The notes under the pieces were generated by a model that searched no databases, was not told where the DNA came from, and saw only the letters and a program-made list of their open reading frames with translations. A stretch of 64,000 nt of DNA from an uncultured Kiritimatiellota bacterium (GTDB lineage: Bacteria > Verrucomicrobiota > Kiritimatiellia > RFP12 > DVOR01), in the NCBI GenBank assembly GCA_944391085.1, contig CALXSE010000002.1, positions 10,450 to 74,449 on the forward strand, read 5' to 3'. Shown here piece by piece: positions 44,961 to 53,900 of this stretch (position 1 is the first letter of the stretch; every line of letters begins with the position of its first letter). Made by a program: the position numbers and the translations under genes.

Positions 44961-45707
44961 ATGGACAGGAACTTTGTGAAAGGCATGGCGCGCGGGTTTG
45001 CGTTGGCGGCGGCGTTGGCGGCGGTGCAGGGCTGGGCCGCGGAGATTTTCATCGAGGGCGCCGACACGCCTATCCCGGCCTTGACGCAGGAGGTGACGGC
45101 CCTTCATCTGCGCGGGGTCGGCGCCGCGCGTGTCTATGCGTTGCGCATCCCTGCCTCTGTGCGCGAGCTGAATCTCTCCGCCAACAATCTTATGGTCTTG
45201 CCTGAAGACCTTGTCCCGAATGGGGTTAAACGGCTGTGGCTTGCGGACAACAACCTCACCGTCCTGCCGGGCGTCGTCTCTGGATGGGGCGATTTGGAGT
45301 ATCTGAACCTCGACCGCAATCTGCTTGTTTCGCTCCCCGACCTTTCTCGGACGCGCCTGCGGTGGTTGCGCCTCAACGGCAACAAGCTTGCCACCCTGCC
45401 GTCCCTGCCGACGACCCTTGAACGGCTCTACCTGGCCGACAATGCCTTTGCCGAGGTCCCCGCCAAACCTGCCGCGCTTCGCCAGCTGACGCTCGCGGGG
45501 AACCCCATCGCCTCCGTGCCGGATGACCTCGGCGCGGGGTTGGAATGGCTCGACCTCTCCCGCACCAAGGTCACGCGCCTTCCCGATGACCTCTCCGCCT
45601 GGCGCACCCTCAAGGTGCTCAACCTGGCCCGCTGTCCGCTCACGGACGCCGAACGCGGACGCATCCGTGCGGCTTTCGACCCGAACCGCACGGTGGTGCT
45701 TTTCTGA
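44961..45707 (+). CDS. Secreted leucine-rich-repeat protein
   Basis: The ATG at 44961 begins a signal peptide, MDRNFVKGMARGFALAAALAAVQGWA. About 9 tandem 22-23-aa LRRs follow (LxLxxNxLxxLPxxL). Confidence 0.8.
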   Translation: MDRNFVKGMARGFALAAALAAVQGWAAEIFIEGADTPIPALTQEVTALHLRGVGAARVYALRIPASVRELNLSANNLMVLPEDLVPNGVKRLWLADNNLTVLPGVVSGWGDLEYLNLDRNLLVSLPDLSRTRLRWLRLNGNKLATLPSLPTTLERLYLADNAFAEVPAKPAALRQLTLAGNPIASVPDDLGAGLEWLDLSRTKVTRLPDDLSAWRTLKVLNLARCPLTDAERGRIRAAFDPNRTVVLF

Positions 45708-45737
45708 CCCGTGTCCATATGCGGCGGGAGGAACGTT

Positions 45738-45746
45738 TGGTATAAT
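45738..45746 (+). promoter_or_regulatory. Extended -10 promoter TGGTATAAT
   Basis: Lies 27 nt upstream of the ATG at 45774, with GGAGGA SD in between. Confidence 0.5.
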
Positions 45747-45773
45747 GCCGAAAACTTTCCCGGAGGAACGAAC

Positions 45774-46328
45774 ATGGCCCTTGTGATGCTGTTGGCGAAC
45801 GGATTTGAGGAAATCGAGGCCCTCGGAACGCTCGATCTGCTGCGCCGGGCGGGCGTCGAGACGACGACCTGCACGCTGAACACCACGCCGCTGACGCTCG
45901 GCGCGCATGGCGTGGCCGTTGAGGCGGAGCTTTGCCTGACGGAACTGGATAGCGCGCGGTTTGACGGCGTCATCCTGCCCGGCGGCCTTGACGGCTCGCG
46001 GAACCTTGCCGCGACGCAGGGCGTGTTGGAGCTGATCAGGGAGTACGACGCGGCGGGCAAGCTGGTCTGCGCCATCTGCGCGGCCCCCGCGCTGGTGCTG
46101 ACGGCCGCGGGCCTCCTGCCCGGACGCCCCGCGACGTGCTACCCCGCCCCGGACTTCACGGCGGCGCTGGGCGAGGGGTACCGCCGCGAGAAGGCGGTCG
46201 TCTCCGGGAACCTCATCACGGCGGAGGGGCCCGGGCGCTTCAAGGACTTCGCCCGTGCCATCGTCGTCAAGGCCAAGGGCGAGGACGCCGCGCGGCAGAC
46301 CTTCGCCGACGCGCTTTTGGAGGATTGA
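45774..46328 (+). CDS. DJ-1/PfpI-family protein (YajL/ThiJ-like)
   Basis: Starts at MALVMLLANGFEEIEA and has the nucleophile-elbow Cys in AICAAPALVL. Confidence 0.85.
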   Translation: MALVMLLANGFEEIEALGTLDLLRRAGVETTTCTLNTTPLTLGAHGVAVEAELCLTELDSARFDGVILPGGLDGSRNLAATQGVLELIREYDAAGKLVCAICAAPALVLTAAGLLPGRPATCYPAPDFTAALGEGYRREKAVVSGNLITAEGPGRFKDFARAIVVKAKGEDAARQTFADALLED

Positions 46329-46336
46329 CCGTACCC

Positions 46337-47815
46337 GTGCCCGGGCTCTCGCAAAGCCTTGGAGCGGCGCAGCGCCAGCGCCAAACGCAGGAGACGGCTC
46401 TCTCCATGCAGGCGCGGCAACGTCTGCGCCTCCTGCCTTTGGCCTTGCCGGAGCTCTGCACGGAACTCCGTCGGCAAGCGGAACAGAACCCCTTCCTGGA
46501 ATATGACGGGCCGCTCGACGGCGCGGTGTCGCTGGACGCGCTGGCGGAGCGCGCGGCCTCGGCGGAGGACGAGGCCGAGGACCTGGATTACCTGAACGCT
46601 TCGCTCGAGGGCTTCGGCGACCAGGCCGACCCCGCCGCGCAGGCGGAGGCCGAACGCCGCCACGACTGGCTGATTGAAACGCAGACCGCGCCCGAGACGC
46701 TCTACCGCCATTTGGCGCGCCAGGTGTGCGAGCAGATGGCGGCGGGGCCGCGCCGCGACCTGACGCTCCTGGTGTGCGACGCCTTGGATGCCGACGGCTA
46801 TCTGCGGGAAGGCGTCCACGACCTGCTGGGCGATTGGTGGCAGGCCAACGGCGGACGCCCGCCCGCGGACTTCTCCGAGGCCGACGTGGAGCAGGCCATC
46901 CGCGCCGTGCAAACGCTTGACCCCGTGGGCGTGGGCGCGCGTTCGCTGGCCGAGTGCCTGGCCCTGCAGACCCGCGCGGATCCGCGAAACCTGCCCGATC
47001 GGGGATTGTACCTGCGTCTGTGCGACCGTCTGGGAAGCGTGCTCACGGAATCGCGTGAAGGATTGGCGCGCAGCCTGCAGTGCACGCCCGAGGAGCTGGC
47101 CCGTGCGCTGGCCTATCTGCGGACGCTCAACCCCTTCCCGGGACGCGCCTTTGCGCCCAACGAGCCCTTGGAAAGCCCTGAAATCGTGGCCCTGCGCGGG
47201 CCGGACGGCCGTTGGCGGGCCGTCTGCGACGAACGCCGCTTCCCCCTTTTCCGCGTGGACGAAGCGGCCATTGAGGCCGCCCGCGCGGCGGCCAAGACGC
47301 ATGACGAACGTGCAAGCGTCACGGCGTTGGCGGAGCAGGCGCGGCTTGGCGCGGAGGCGTATCAGGAGCGCAACGACACCTTGCGGCGCGTGGCCCAGGC
47401 GGCTTTTGACCGGCAGGGCGCCTTTCTCGACAGCGGCGGCGATCCCGCGACGCTCAGGCCATTGCTGCAAAAGGAGGTGGCGGAGGCCGTCGGCTACGAC
47501 AAAAGCATCGTCTCGCGCGCGGTGCGGGACAAGGCCGTGCGCGTGGCGACGAGCCGGAAGCTCCTGCCGCTGGCCGCCTTCTTCACCCATGCGCTGACCG
47601 CCGAGGGCGAAGCGCCCGTCTCCGACCAGCAGGCCAAAGGCGCGCTGCGGGCGTTCATTGCGGCGGAAGACCCCGCGCGGCCGCTTTCCGACCAAGCCTT
47701 GGCCGAGGCGCTGACCGCACGCGGCATACCGGTCGCGCGGCGGACAGTGGCGAAGTATCGCGAACAATTGGGCATCGCCTCCACCCGCGAGCGGCGGCGT
47801 GCCGCCACACCGTAA
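46337..47815 (+). CDS. rpoN: RNA polymerase sigma-54 factor
   Basis: Gln/Leu-rich region I, NPFLE, a C-terminal HTH and the RpoN box (ARRTVAKYREQLGI). I chose the GTG at 46337 by length comparison; the ATG at 46406 is an alternative. Confidence 0.9.
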   Translation: MPGLSQSLGAAQRQRQTQETALSMQARQRLRLLPLALPELCTELRRQAEQNPFLEYDGPLDGAVSLDALAERAASAEDEAEDLDYLNASLEGFGDQADPAAQAEAERRHDWLIETQTAPETLYRHLARQVCEQMAAGPRRDLTLLVCDALDADGYLREGVHDLLGDWWQANGGRPPADFSEADVEQAIRAVQTLDPVGVGARSLAECLALQTRADPRNLPDRGLYLRLCDRLGSVLTESREGLARSLQCTPEELARALAYLRTLNPFPGRAFAPNEPLESPEIVALRGPDGRWRAVCDERRFPLFRVDEAAIEAARAAAKTHDERASVTALAEQARLGAEAYQERNDTLRRVAQAAFDRQGAFLDSGGDPATLRPLLQKEVAEAVGYDKSIVSRAVRDKAVRVATSRKLLPLAAFFTHALTAEGEAPVSDQQAKGALRAFIAAEDPARPLSDQALAEALTARGIPVARRTVAKYREQLGIASTRERRRAATP

Positions 47816-47825
47816 AGGACAGACC

Positions 47826-48722
47826 ATGAAACCGATGTTGCTGATTTGGCTGAGTTTCCGGGGCGTCTCCGAGTTCATCGCCACGCGTGGGCAGGTGGAG
47901 CGGTGGGCGGCGGAGGTGCCGGAACTCGACGTCGTCCACGCCGAGACGCAGGAGGCGTTCGTCCGCAACCTTTCCAAGGCCACTTACGTGATGACCTTCA
48001 CCTTCTCGGAGGCCTGGCTCCCGTTGACCTACCGCGTGAAATGGCTGGCCACGCCCGCCGCCGGGCGCGAACTGCTCGGCGCGCGCATCCCGGAACGCAT
48101 CCGCCTGACGCACGGGACGTTCCATGGCGACCTGATGGCCGAGACGGCGGTTGGGATGTTGTTGGCCGTTCGACGCGGGCTCCTGCCCGGGCTGGGGCTG
48201 TGCGGGGCGGGGGAGCCTTGGCCCGTCCATGTGCCGGGGCGATGCGCCGTCGCCGGGAGCAAGGCCGTCATCCTGGGCTACGGCCACATCGGCAAAACGG
48301 TCGGCGCGAAACTTGAGGCCCTCGGCGTGCGCGTCGTGGGGGTGACGCACGCGAACCTGGGTGATTTGGACGCGCTGCTGGCCGACGCGGACGCGCTCGT
48401 CCTGGCCCTGCCCGCGACGCCCGAGACCGACGACATCCTCGATGCGCGGCGTTTGGCGCTTCTGCCCCGCCACGCCGTGGTCATCAACCTGGGCCGCGGC
48501 AACGCCATCGACGAGAACGCCCTGTGCGCGGCGCTCGAGAGCGGGGCGCTCCATGCCGCGTTCCTCGACGTCTTCAAAGAGGAGCCGTACCCGGAGGCCG
48601 GGCCGCTGCGCCGTGCGCCGCGCTGCTTCCTGTTGCCGCACGCTTCCGCCTTCGCGCCGGATTACCTTGACCGCGCCTTCGCAGAATGGCTGAGGGTTTA
48701 CCGCAGTGGCTTCCGCGCGTGA
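47826..48722 (+). CDS. D-isomer-specific 2-hydroxyacid dehydrogenase family protein
   Basis: NAD-binding motif ILGYGHIGKTVG, with RGNAIDE and HAAFLDVF (catalytic Arg/Glu/His region). Confidence 0.85.
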   Translation: MKPMLLIWLSFRGVSEFIATRGQVERWAAEVPELDVVHAETQEAFVRNLSKATYVMTFTFSEAWLPLTYRVKWLATPAAGRELLGARIPERIRLTHGTFHGDLMAETAVGMLLAVRRGLLPGLGLCGAGEPWPVHVPGRCAVAGSKAVILGYGHIGKTVGAKLEALGVRVVGVTHANLGDLDALLADADALVLALPATPETDDILDARRLALLPRHAVVINLGRGNAIDENALCAALESGALHAAFLDVFKEEPYPEAGPLRRAPRCFLLPHASAFAPDYLDRAFAEWLRVYRSGFRA

Positions 48723-49533
48723 TTCCTCGGCGCAGGGCCTCCCGCTGATCAAGGAAGAGGCTCTCTGCCTGAACGCCCGGCCCTTTTCCAAGACCTCGCA
48801 GATGGTCACGTGGCTGACGGCCGGGCATGGGCGCGTCACCACGCCGATCAAGGGCGCACAGCGGCCCAAGAGCGGCTTTGTGGGGCGCTACGACGTCGGC
48901 TACACCTGCGAGCTTGTCTTCTACGCCCGTGAACGCAACGGCGTCCACCACATCCGCGAATGCACGCCGCTGGCGTTGCGCGAGGGGCTTCGCCGCACGT
49001 GGCGCGGCGCCGAGGCCGCCGCGTATGCCTGTGACCTGACCCTGCGCACGGCGCAGCCCGGGATGGCGAACCCGGCGCTCTACCGGGCGTTGAGCGGGCT
49101 GTTGGACGTCCTGCCCGCCTGCGCGGCGCACGAGGCCACGCTCGCCCTGCTGTGGTTTGAGGCCACGTTGTTGTATGCGGTGGGCCTGGGGCCGGACTTT
49201 TCGCCGTGCGCCGCCTGCCCGGCCACGCCGCGGCGGCTCTTCTCGGTGGAAGAGGGGCGTTTCGTCTGCGAACACCGCCCTTCTCGGCTCCGCACGCCCC
49301 CCACCCTGACGCTTCACGACGACATCCCCGCGCTGTACCGCCGCTTCCTTGCCCATCCCCTTGCCGAGACGCTCGCGGAAGCCCGCGCGGCGGATCGCCG
49401 CGACGACCTGGGGCGGCCGGAGCCCTTCCCCGGCGTCTTCGGGCTGCGCCGGTTTCTCGGCGTCTTCCTCACGGCGCATCTCGACCTGCCGCCGGGGCCG
49501 CGCCGCACTGTGCTTGACCTCCTGATAGGATGA
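48706..49533 (+). CDS. recO: DNA repair protein RecO
   Basis: OB-fold N-terminus (EEALCLNARPFSKTSQMVTWLTAGHGRVTTPIKGAQRPKS) and a Cys-containing central motif (CAACPAT...FVCEH). The start is uncertain: GTG at 48706 or CTG at 48745. Confidence 0.8.
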   Translation: MASARDSSAQGLPLIKEEALCLNARPFSKTSQMVTWLTAGHGRVTTPIKGAQRPKSGFVGRYDVGYTCELVFYARERNGVHHIRECTPLALREGLRRTWRGAEAAAYACDLTLRTAQPGMANPALYRALSGLLDVLPACAAHEATLALLWFEATLLYAVGLGPDFSPCAACPATPRRLFSVEEGRFVCEHRPSRLRTPPTLTLHDDIPALYRRFLAHPLAETLAEARAADRRDDLGRPEPFPGVFGLRRFLGVFLTAHLDLPPGPRRTVLDLLIG

Positions 49534-49537
49534 GGTT

Positions 49538-49546
49538 TGCTATACT
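49538..49546 (+). promoter_or_regulatory. Extended -10 promoter TGCTATACT (leaderless configuration)
   Basis: Ends 6 nt before the ATG at 49553. Confidence 0.45.
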
Positions 49547-49552
49547 AGCGCC

Positions 49553-50953
49553 ATGATTACCTCCGCGGAGAGCGAGAGCGTTGTGTTCACCGGCGTGAGC
49601 GGCTGTTTCGCCGGCGCGGCAACGCCGCGTGCCTTTTGGAAGGCGACCCTGCGCAAGCAGTGTTTCCTGGAGCCTTACTCCGACGCCGACGCGGGGCGGT
49701 TGGTCGAGGCGCTCCTGCCCGGTTGCCGCGCCCCGGAGGTCTGCGCCGCGTTGGGCGAGAACTTTGCGTGCCGGGCCGACCACATCCCTTTGCCGGCCGA
49801 CCTCGGCGTGGGCGACAATCCCGATTTCTGGTTTGCCGCGCAGCTGATCCACGACGCGCTGACGGACGCCGGGCTTGCACCTTCGCCCGGGGAGGGTCGC
49901 ACCGACCGCCTGGCGCTTTACGTGGGTTATGACTCCGCCTTCAACCCGGCGGCGATGAACTGGATGTGGCACGCCGCGGCCATCGGGCAGATTGTCGGCA
50001 CGTTGCAGCGGTTCTTCCCCGGCGCGACCTTCGGGCAAATCAAGCGGCTCCGCGAGGAGCTCGCCGACACCTTGCCCCTGCTCAAGCGCCGGCAACTGGA
50101 ATTGGCGCGCGGCGAAGGCGTGGTGCGCCTGCTCGCGCAGACCTTCGGCGCGTGCGACATGGCCTGCCAATGCGCGATGGGCGAGGCCACCATCTTCGCG
50201 GGGCTGGAATCCGCGGCGAACGCATTGCGCCTGGGCCAGTGCGACGTGGCCGTGGCGGTGGCCCTTCAGCCGCCGATCCCCCCCACCCAGCTGGCCGGCG
50301 AGGCCGCGCTCACCCCCTTCTCCCCGCTTCGCGCGCTCACCCCCTTCTCCTCAGACCCGAAGGGGACGCTCCCCGGCGAGGGCGGCGCGGCCTTTGTGCT
50401 CCGCCGCCTGAGCGACGCCCGGCGCGAGGGGACGCGCCTTTACGCCAAACTTCACGGCAGCGCGGTCGTCTCTGGCCTGCCGCCCGCTGACGGCGGGTTG
50501 GAGGAGAGCCTCCGCCGCGCCCTCCACCGCGCCCTGCGCCGCTTGCCGAACGGGTTCCGCGATGTGGATTATTGGGAGATGAACGCCTCCGGGATCGGCG
50601 AGGAGGACGAGGCCGAGCGCGCGGTGCTGAGGCTCATGACCGGCAACCGCGGCGCGCACATCCCGCTTTTGGCCCTGGGCTCGGCGAAGACGGCCTTCGG
50701 CAACGCCTTCACGGCGGCGGGGGCGCTCGGCGTGCTCAAGGGCGTGCTGGCCGTCGGGCACCGTGTGCTCCCGCCCTCGGTGACGCCGGTGGACGATTTC
50801 TCGCCCGCCCTCGCGCCGGATCAGGCGTGCTACTGGGTGCAGGAGGCCCGCCCCTGGATCGCGGCCTCCACGCGCAAGCGGCGGCTGGCCGTTTCCACGC
50901 TCTCGCGTTTCGGCAGGGCCGGGGCGGCGACGCTCGAGGAGATCACGGGGTGA
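49553..50953 (+). CDS. Ketosynthase-like protein with substituted catalytic triad (probable pseudo-KS)
   Basis: It aligns by eye with the type-I PKS KS over its full length. The His motifs read VDYWEMNASG and GSAKTAFGNAF (both His replaced by Asn). The nucleophile position appears to be Glu in an ungapped register. Confidence 0.75.
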   Translation: MITSAESESVVFTGVSGCFAGAATPRAFWKATLRKQCFLEPYSDADAGRLVEALLPGCRAPEVCAALGENFACRADHIPLPADLGVGDNPDFWFAAQLIHDALTDAGLAPSPGEGRTDRLALYVGYDSAFNPAAMNWMWHAAAIGQIVGTLQRFFPGATFGQIKRLREELADTLPLLKRRQLELARGEGVVRLLAQTFGACDMACQCAMGEATIFAGLESAANALRLGQCDVAVAVALQPPIPPTQLAGEAALTPFSPLRALTPFSSDPKGTLPGEGGAAFVLRRLSDARREGTRLYAKLHGSAVVSGLPPADGGLEESLRRALHRALRRLPNGFRDVDYWEMNASGIGEEDEAERAVLRLMTGNRGAHIPLLALGSAKTAFGNAFTAAGALGVLKGVLAVGHRVLPPSVTPVDDFSPALAPDQACYWVQEARPWIAASTRKRRLAVSTLSRFGRAGAATLEEITG

Positions 50954-50966
50954 AGGAGGCCCGCTG

Positions 50967-53900
50967 ATGGCGCTGGAACGTTCCGAGGGCGTGCTCTGTC
51001 TGATCGGCGCCGAGACGCCGCAGGCGTTGGCCGAGACCATCGCGCGGATCCTCGGCTTCGTCACCAAGAGCCGCGGCGTCCGCCTGATCGACGTGGTCTA
51101 CACCGCCACCTGCGACGCGCGCGGCAGGCAGTGCGTGGCCGGCCTCTGGGTGGCGAGCCTGGAAGAGATGGCGCGCAAGCTCCGCTTCGCCCTCGAGGCC
51201 CTGCGCAGCGGCCGCACGCGGACCCGCGAGAAATCCGGCGTCTTCTTCACCACGCATCCGCTGGCGCTCCACGGCGGCAAACTCGCCTATATCTTTCCCG
51301 GGACCGGGAGCTTCCATCTCGAAATGATGCGGGATCTTGCGCTTACCTTCGACGGCGTGCGCGAGCGCTTCGATGACATGGAGGAGGCCTTCTCGGGCTT
51401 CTGCGACGTCGCCTCGCCCTCCGAGTGGCTCTTTTCAACATCCCCCGAGCATACCCTGCCGCTCAGTGCCTCGCAGGCCTTCCTGCCGCTTCTGGCCTCC
51501 GCCTCCACCTATCTCGCCAGCAAGGTCTTCGCCGACCTCCTCAAATCCGTCGGCGTGCGGCCGGATGCCGTGGGCGGCGTGGGGCTCGGGGCCTTTTCGG
51601 CCTTCCACGCCACGCACCACAATCCCAAGTTCCGCCTGGTCCAGATCCTCCGCGATGCGGGCCGGATGCTCCTCCGCCTCGGCGCGGAAGGCCGGGACCG
51701 TGCCCCATGGGTGCAGCTTACCGTCTCTGGCATCGAGGTTTCCCGCCTTCGCGAGTTGGCGCTGCGCGACCCCGCCCGCGTCGTCCTCACCCAAATCCTC
51801 ACGGACGACGATTGCGTTATGGCCATTTCCCCCGACAAGCAGGCCGAGGTCGAGATCGCCATCCACAACGGCGGCGGCGTCTCCGTGGCGGAGTCCCTCC
51901 CCGCCCCCTTCAACTCCGGCCACGGCGACGCGCCCATGCGCCGCCGCCTGCGAGACTTCTTCGTCAAATACGTCAACTGCGAGCCACAGATCCCGTTTTA
52001 TTCCTGCGTCGACGCCGCGCCCATGGGGCGCTCCACCTCCGCCGTCGTCGACGGCCTCATGGCCCAGATGATGGAGCCGCTCGATTTCCGCGCCATGATC
52101 CGCAGGATGTACGACGACGGCTGCCGCATCTTTGTCGAGGTCGGCGCGCGCGGCCTGCTCTCCCCTCTCATCGCCAAGAATCTTGCCGGGCGCGACCCCG
52201 TGGCCGTCATCCCCATGCACATTCTGCATCGCTCCGGCGGCGTCCAGGTTGGGCAGGCGCTGGGGCTCCTCGCCGCAAACGGCGCCCCCATGGATTATTC
52301 CGGGCTTCGTTTCTTCGCCCACGCGCGCCGCCTTGACTTTTCCGTGCCGGTCCACGAAGAAGGCGCGGCCGCCCTTACCGTCCACCTGTCGCGCAGCCTC
52401 CCGGCCATCCGCCCCGAACTCATCGACGCCCAGCGGATCCTCTCCATGGTCGCCGCCGTGGGCCCCGAGGAGACCGGCGCCACCCACCTGCACGCCCTCC
52501 CCCTGGAGATCCCCGCCGGCGGCCTTGAATGCCCCCTCCTGCGCGGCGCCCAGGAGCTTGCCCGCACGGCGACCACCCTCGAGCTCCAATGCGTCCTGCG
52601 TCTGGCGGATTTCCCGTACCTCAACGACTACGCCATCGGCTCCTCCAACATCTCCCTGCGCGACCCCCAAACGCGCGGGCTCACCCTGCTCTCCGTCCCC
52701 TCCGGCCTCGAAATCATGGCCGAGGCCGCCCACCGCCTCTTCCCGGATCTCTCCCTCCGCCGCATCGAGACGCTCCGTGCCCCGCACTGGCTCGCCTTCG
52801 ACTTCGGCCGTTTGGGGCTCCGCCTCAGCGCCTCCGTCCTCAGCGATCCGACCCCCTCCGGCAACCGCACCGTCGCCGTGCGCCTCTGTGAGGATCGGGA
52901 AGAGGCCCCCCGCGTCGCCATGGAGGCACAATTCGTCCTCAGCCCCACCATTCCGGAGCCCCCCGAGGACCTCGCCGCGCAACCCCTTGCCAGCCCCGTC
53001 GACGTCGGGTGGAAAGCAGACGACATTTATCCCGCCCGCCTCTTCCAGGGCCCCCTCCTGCGCAATATCCGCGCCGTCGTCGGCTGGGGCCTCAACGGCC
53101 TTGACTACGAAATCCGCATCCCGTCCCGTGCCGCGCTCGTGCGCCGTTCCCGCAACCCCCTCTTCTGCGCTCTCCCGCTTTTGCTCGACGCCGTCGTCTC
53201 CGGTTTTCCCCTCTGGCGCTCCCACGAGCGTTTCCACGGCGCCATCTCCCTCCCCTTCCGCTGCAAGGCCATCCGCTACTATGCCGCCTGGCTCCCCGAA
53301 GGCACCCGCCTGCGGTGCTCCCTCCGCCTCACCAACGTCACCCCGCGCACCTTCGAGGTCGACATCCTCGCAATGGACGCCACCGGCCACCCCGTCCTCC
53401 GCGTCGAAGGCTGGGAAGAGGTCGGCGGGCGCGCCGGCCAGGCCCTCCACGACTTCGTGATGAACCCCTCGCGTTACTTCATCACCCAGCCCCTTCCGGA
53501 TTCGATTCTCCCCAAGAGCGCCAGGGACGGCGTGGACAAAACCATCGTCGGCGCCCTTTACGTCAACGCCAACCCGGACTTCTTCATCGCCAACCACGGC
53601 CTTTGGCTCAACGCCCTCGCCGCCGCCGTCCTTACCCAGAACGAGCGCGAGGACTTCGCCCAGATGGGCGGCGTCGCCCCGCGCCGCCTCGAATGGCTCC
53701 TCGGCCGCACCGCCGCCAAAGAGGCCGTCCGCCGCCTTCTCCTGGAGGTCTTCCGCCTCTACGAGCCTTCCGCCGACATCGCCGTCTGGAAGGACGAGCT
53801 CGGCAAACCCCACCCCCTCGGCGACTGGCAGCAGCAGATCTCCGCCCCCATCGACCTCTCCATCGCCCACACAGCCGGCCTTGTCATCGGCGGCGCCACC

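Noticed and set aside
46139-47983. 614-aa minus-strand ORF
   Set aside because: It is antisense to rpoN, which has region I, the HTH and the RpoN box. It is a shadow ORF.
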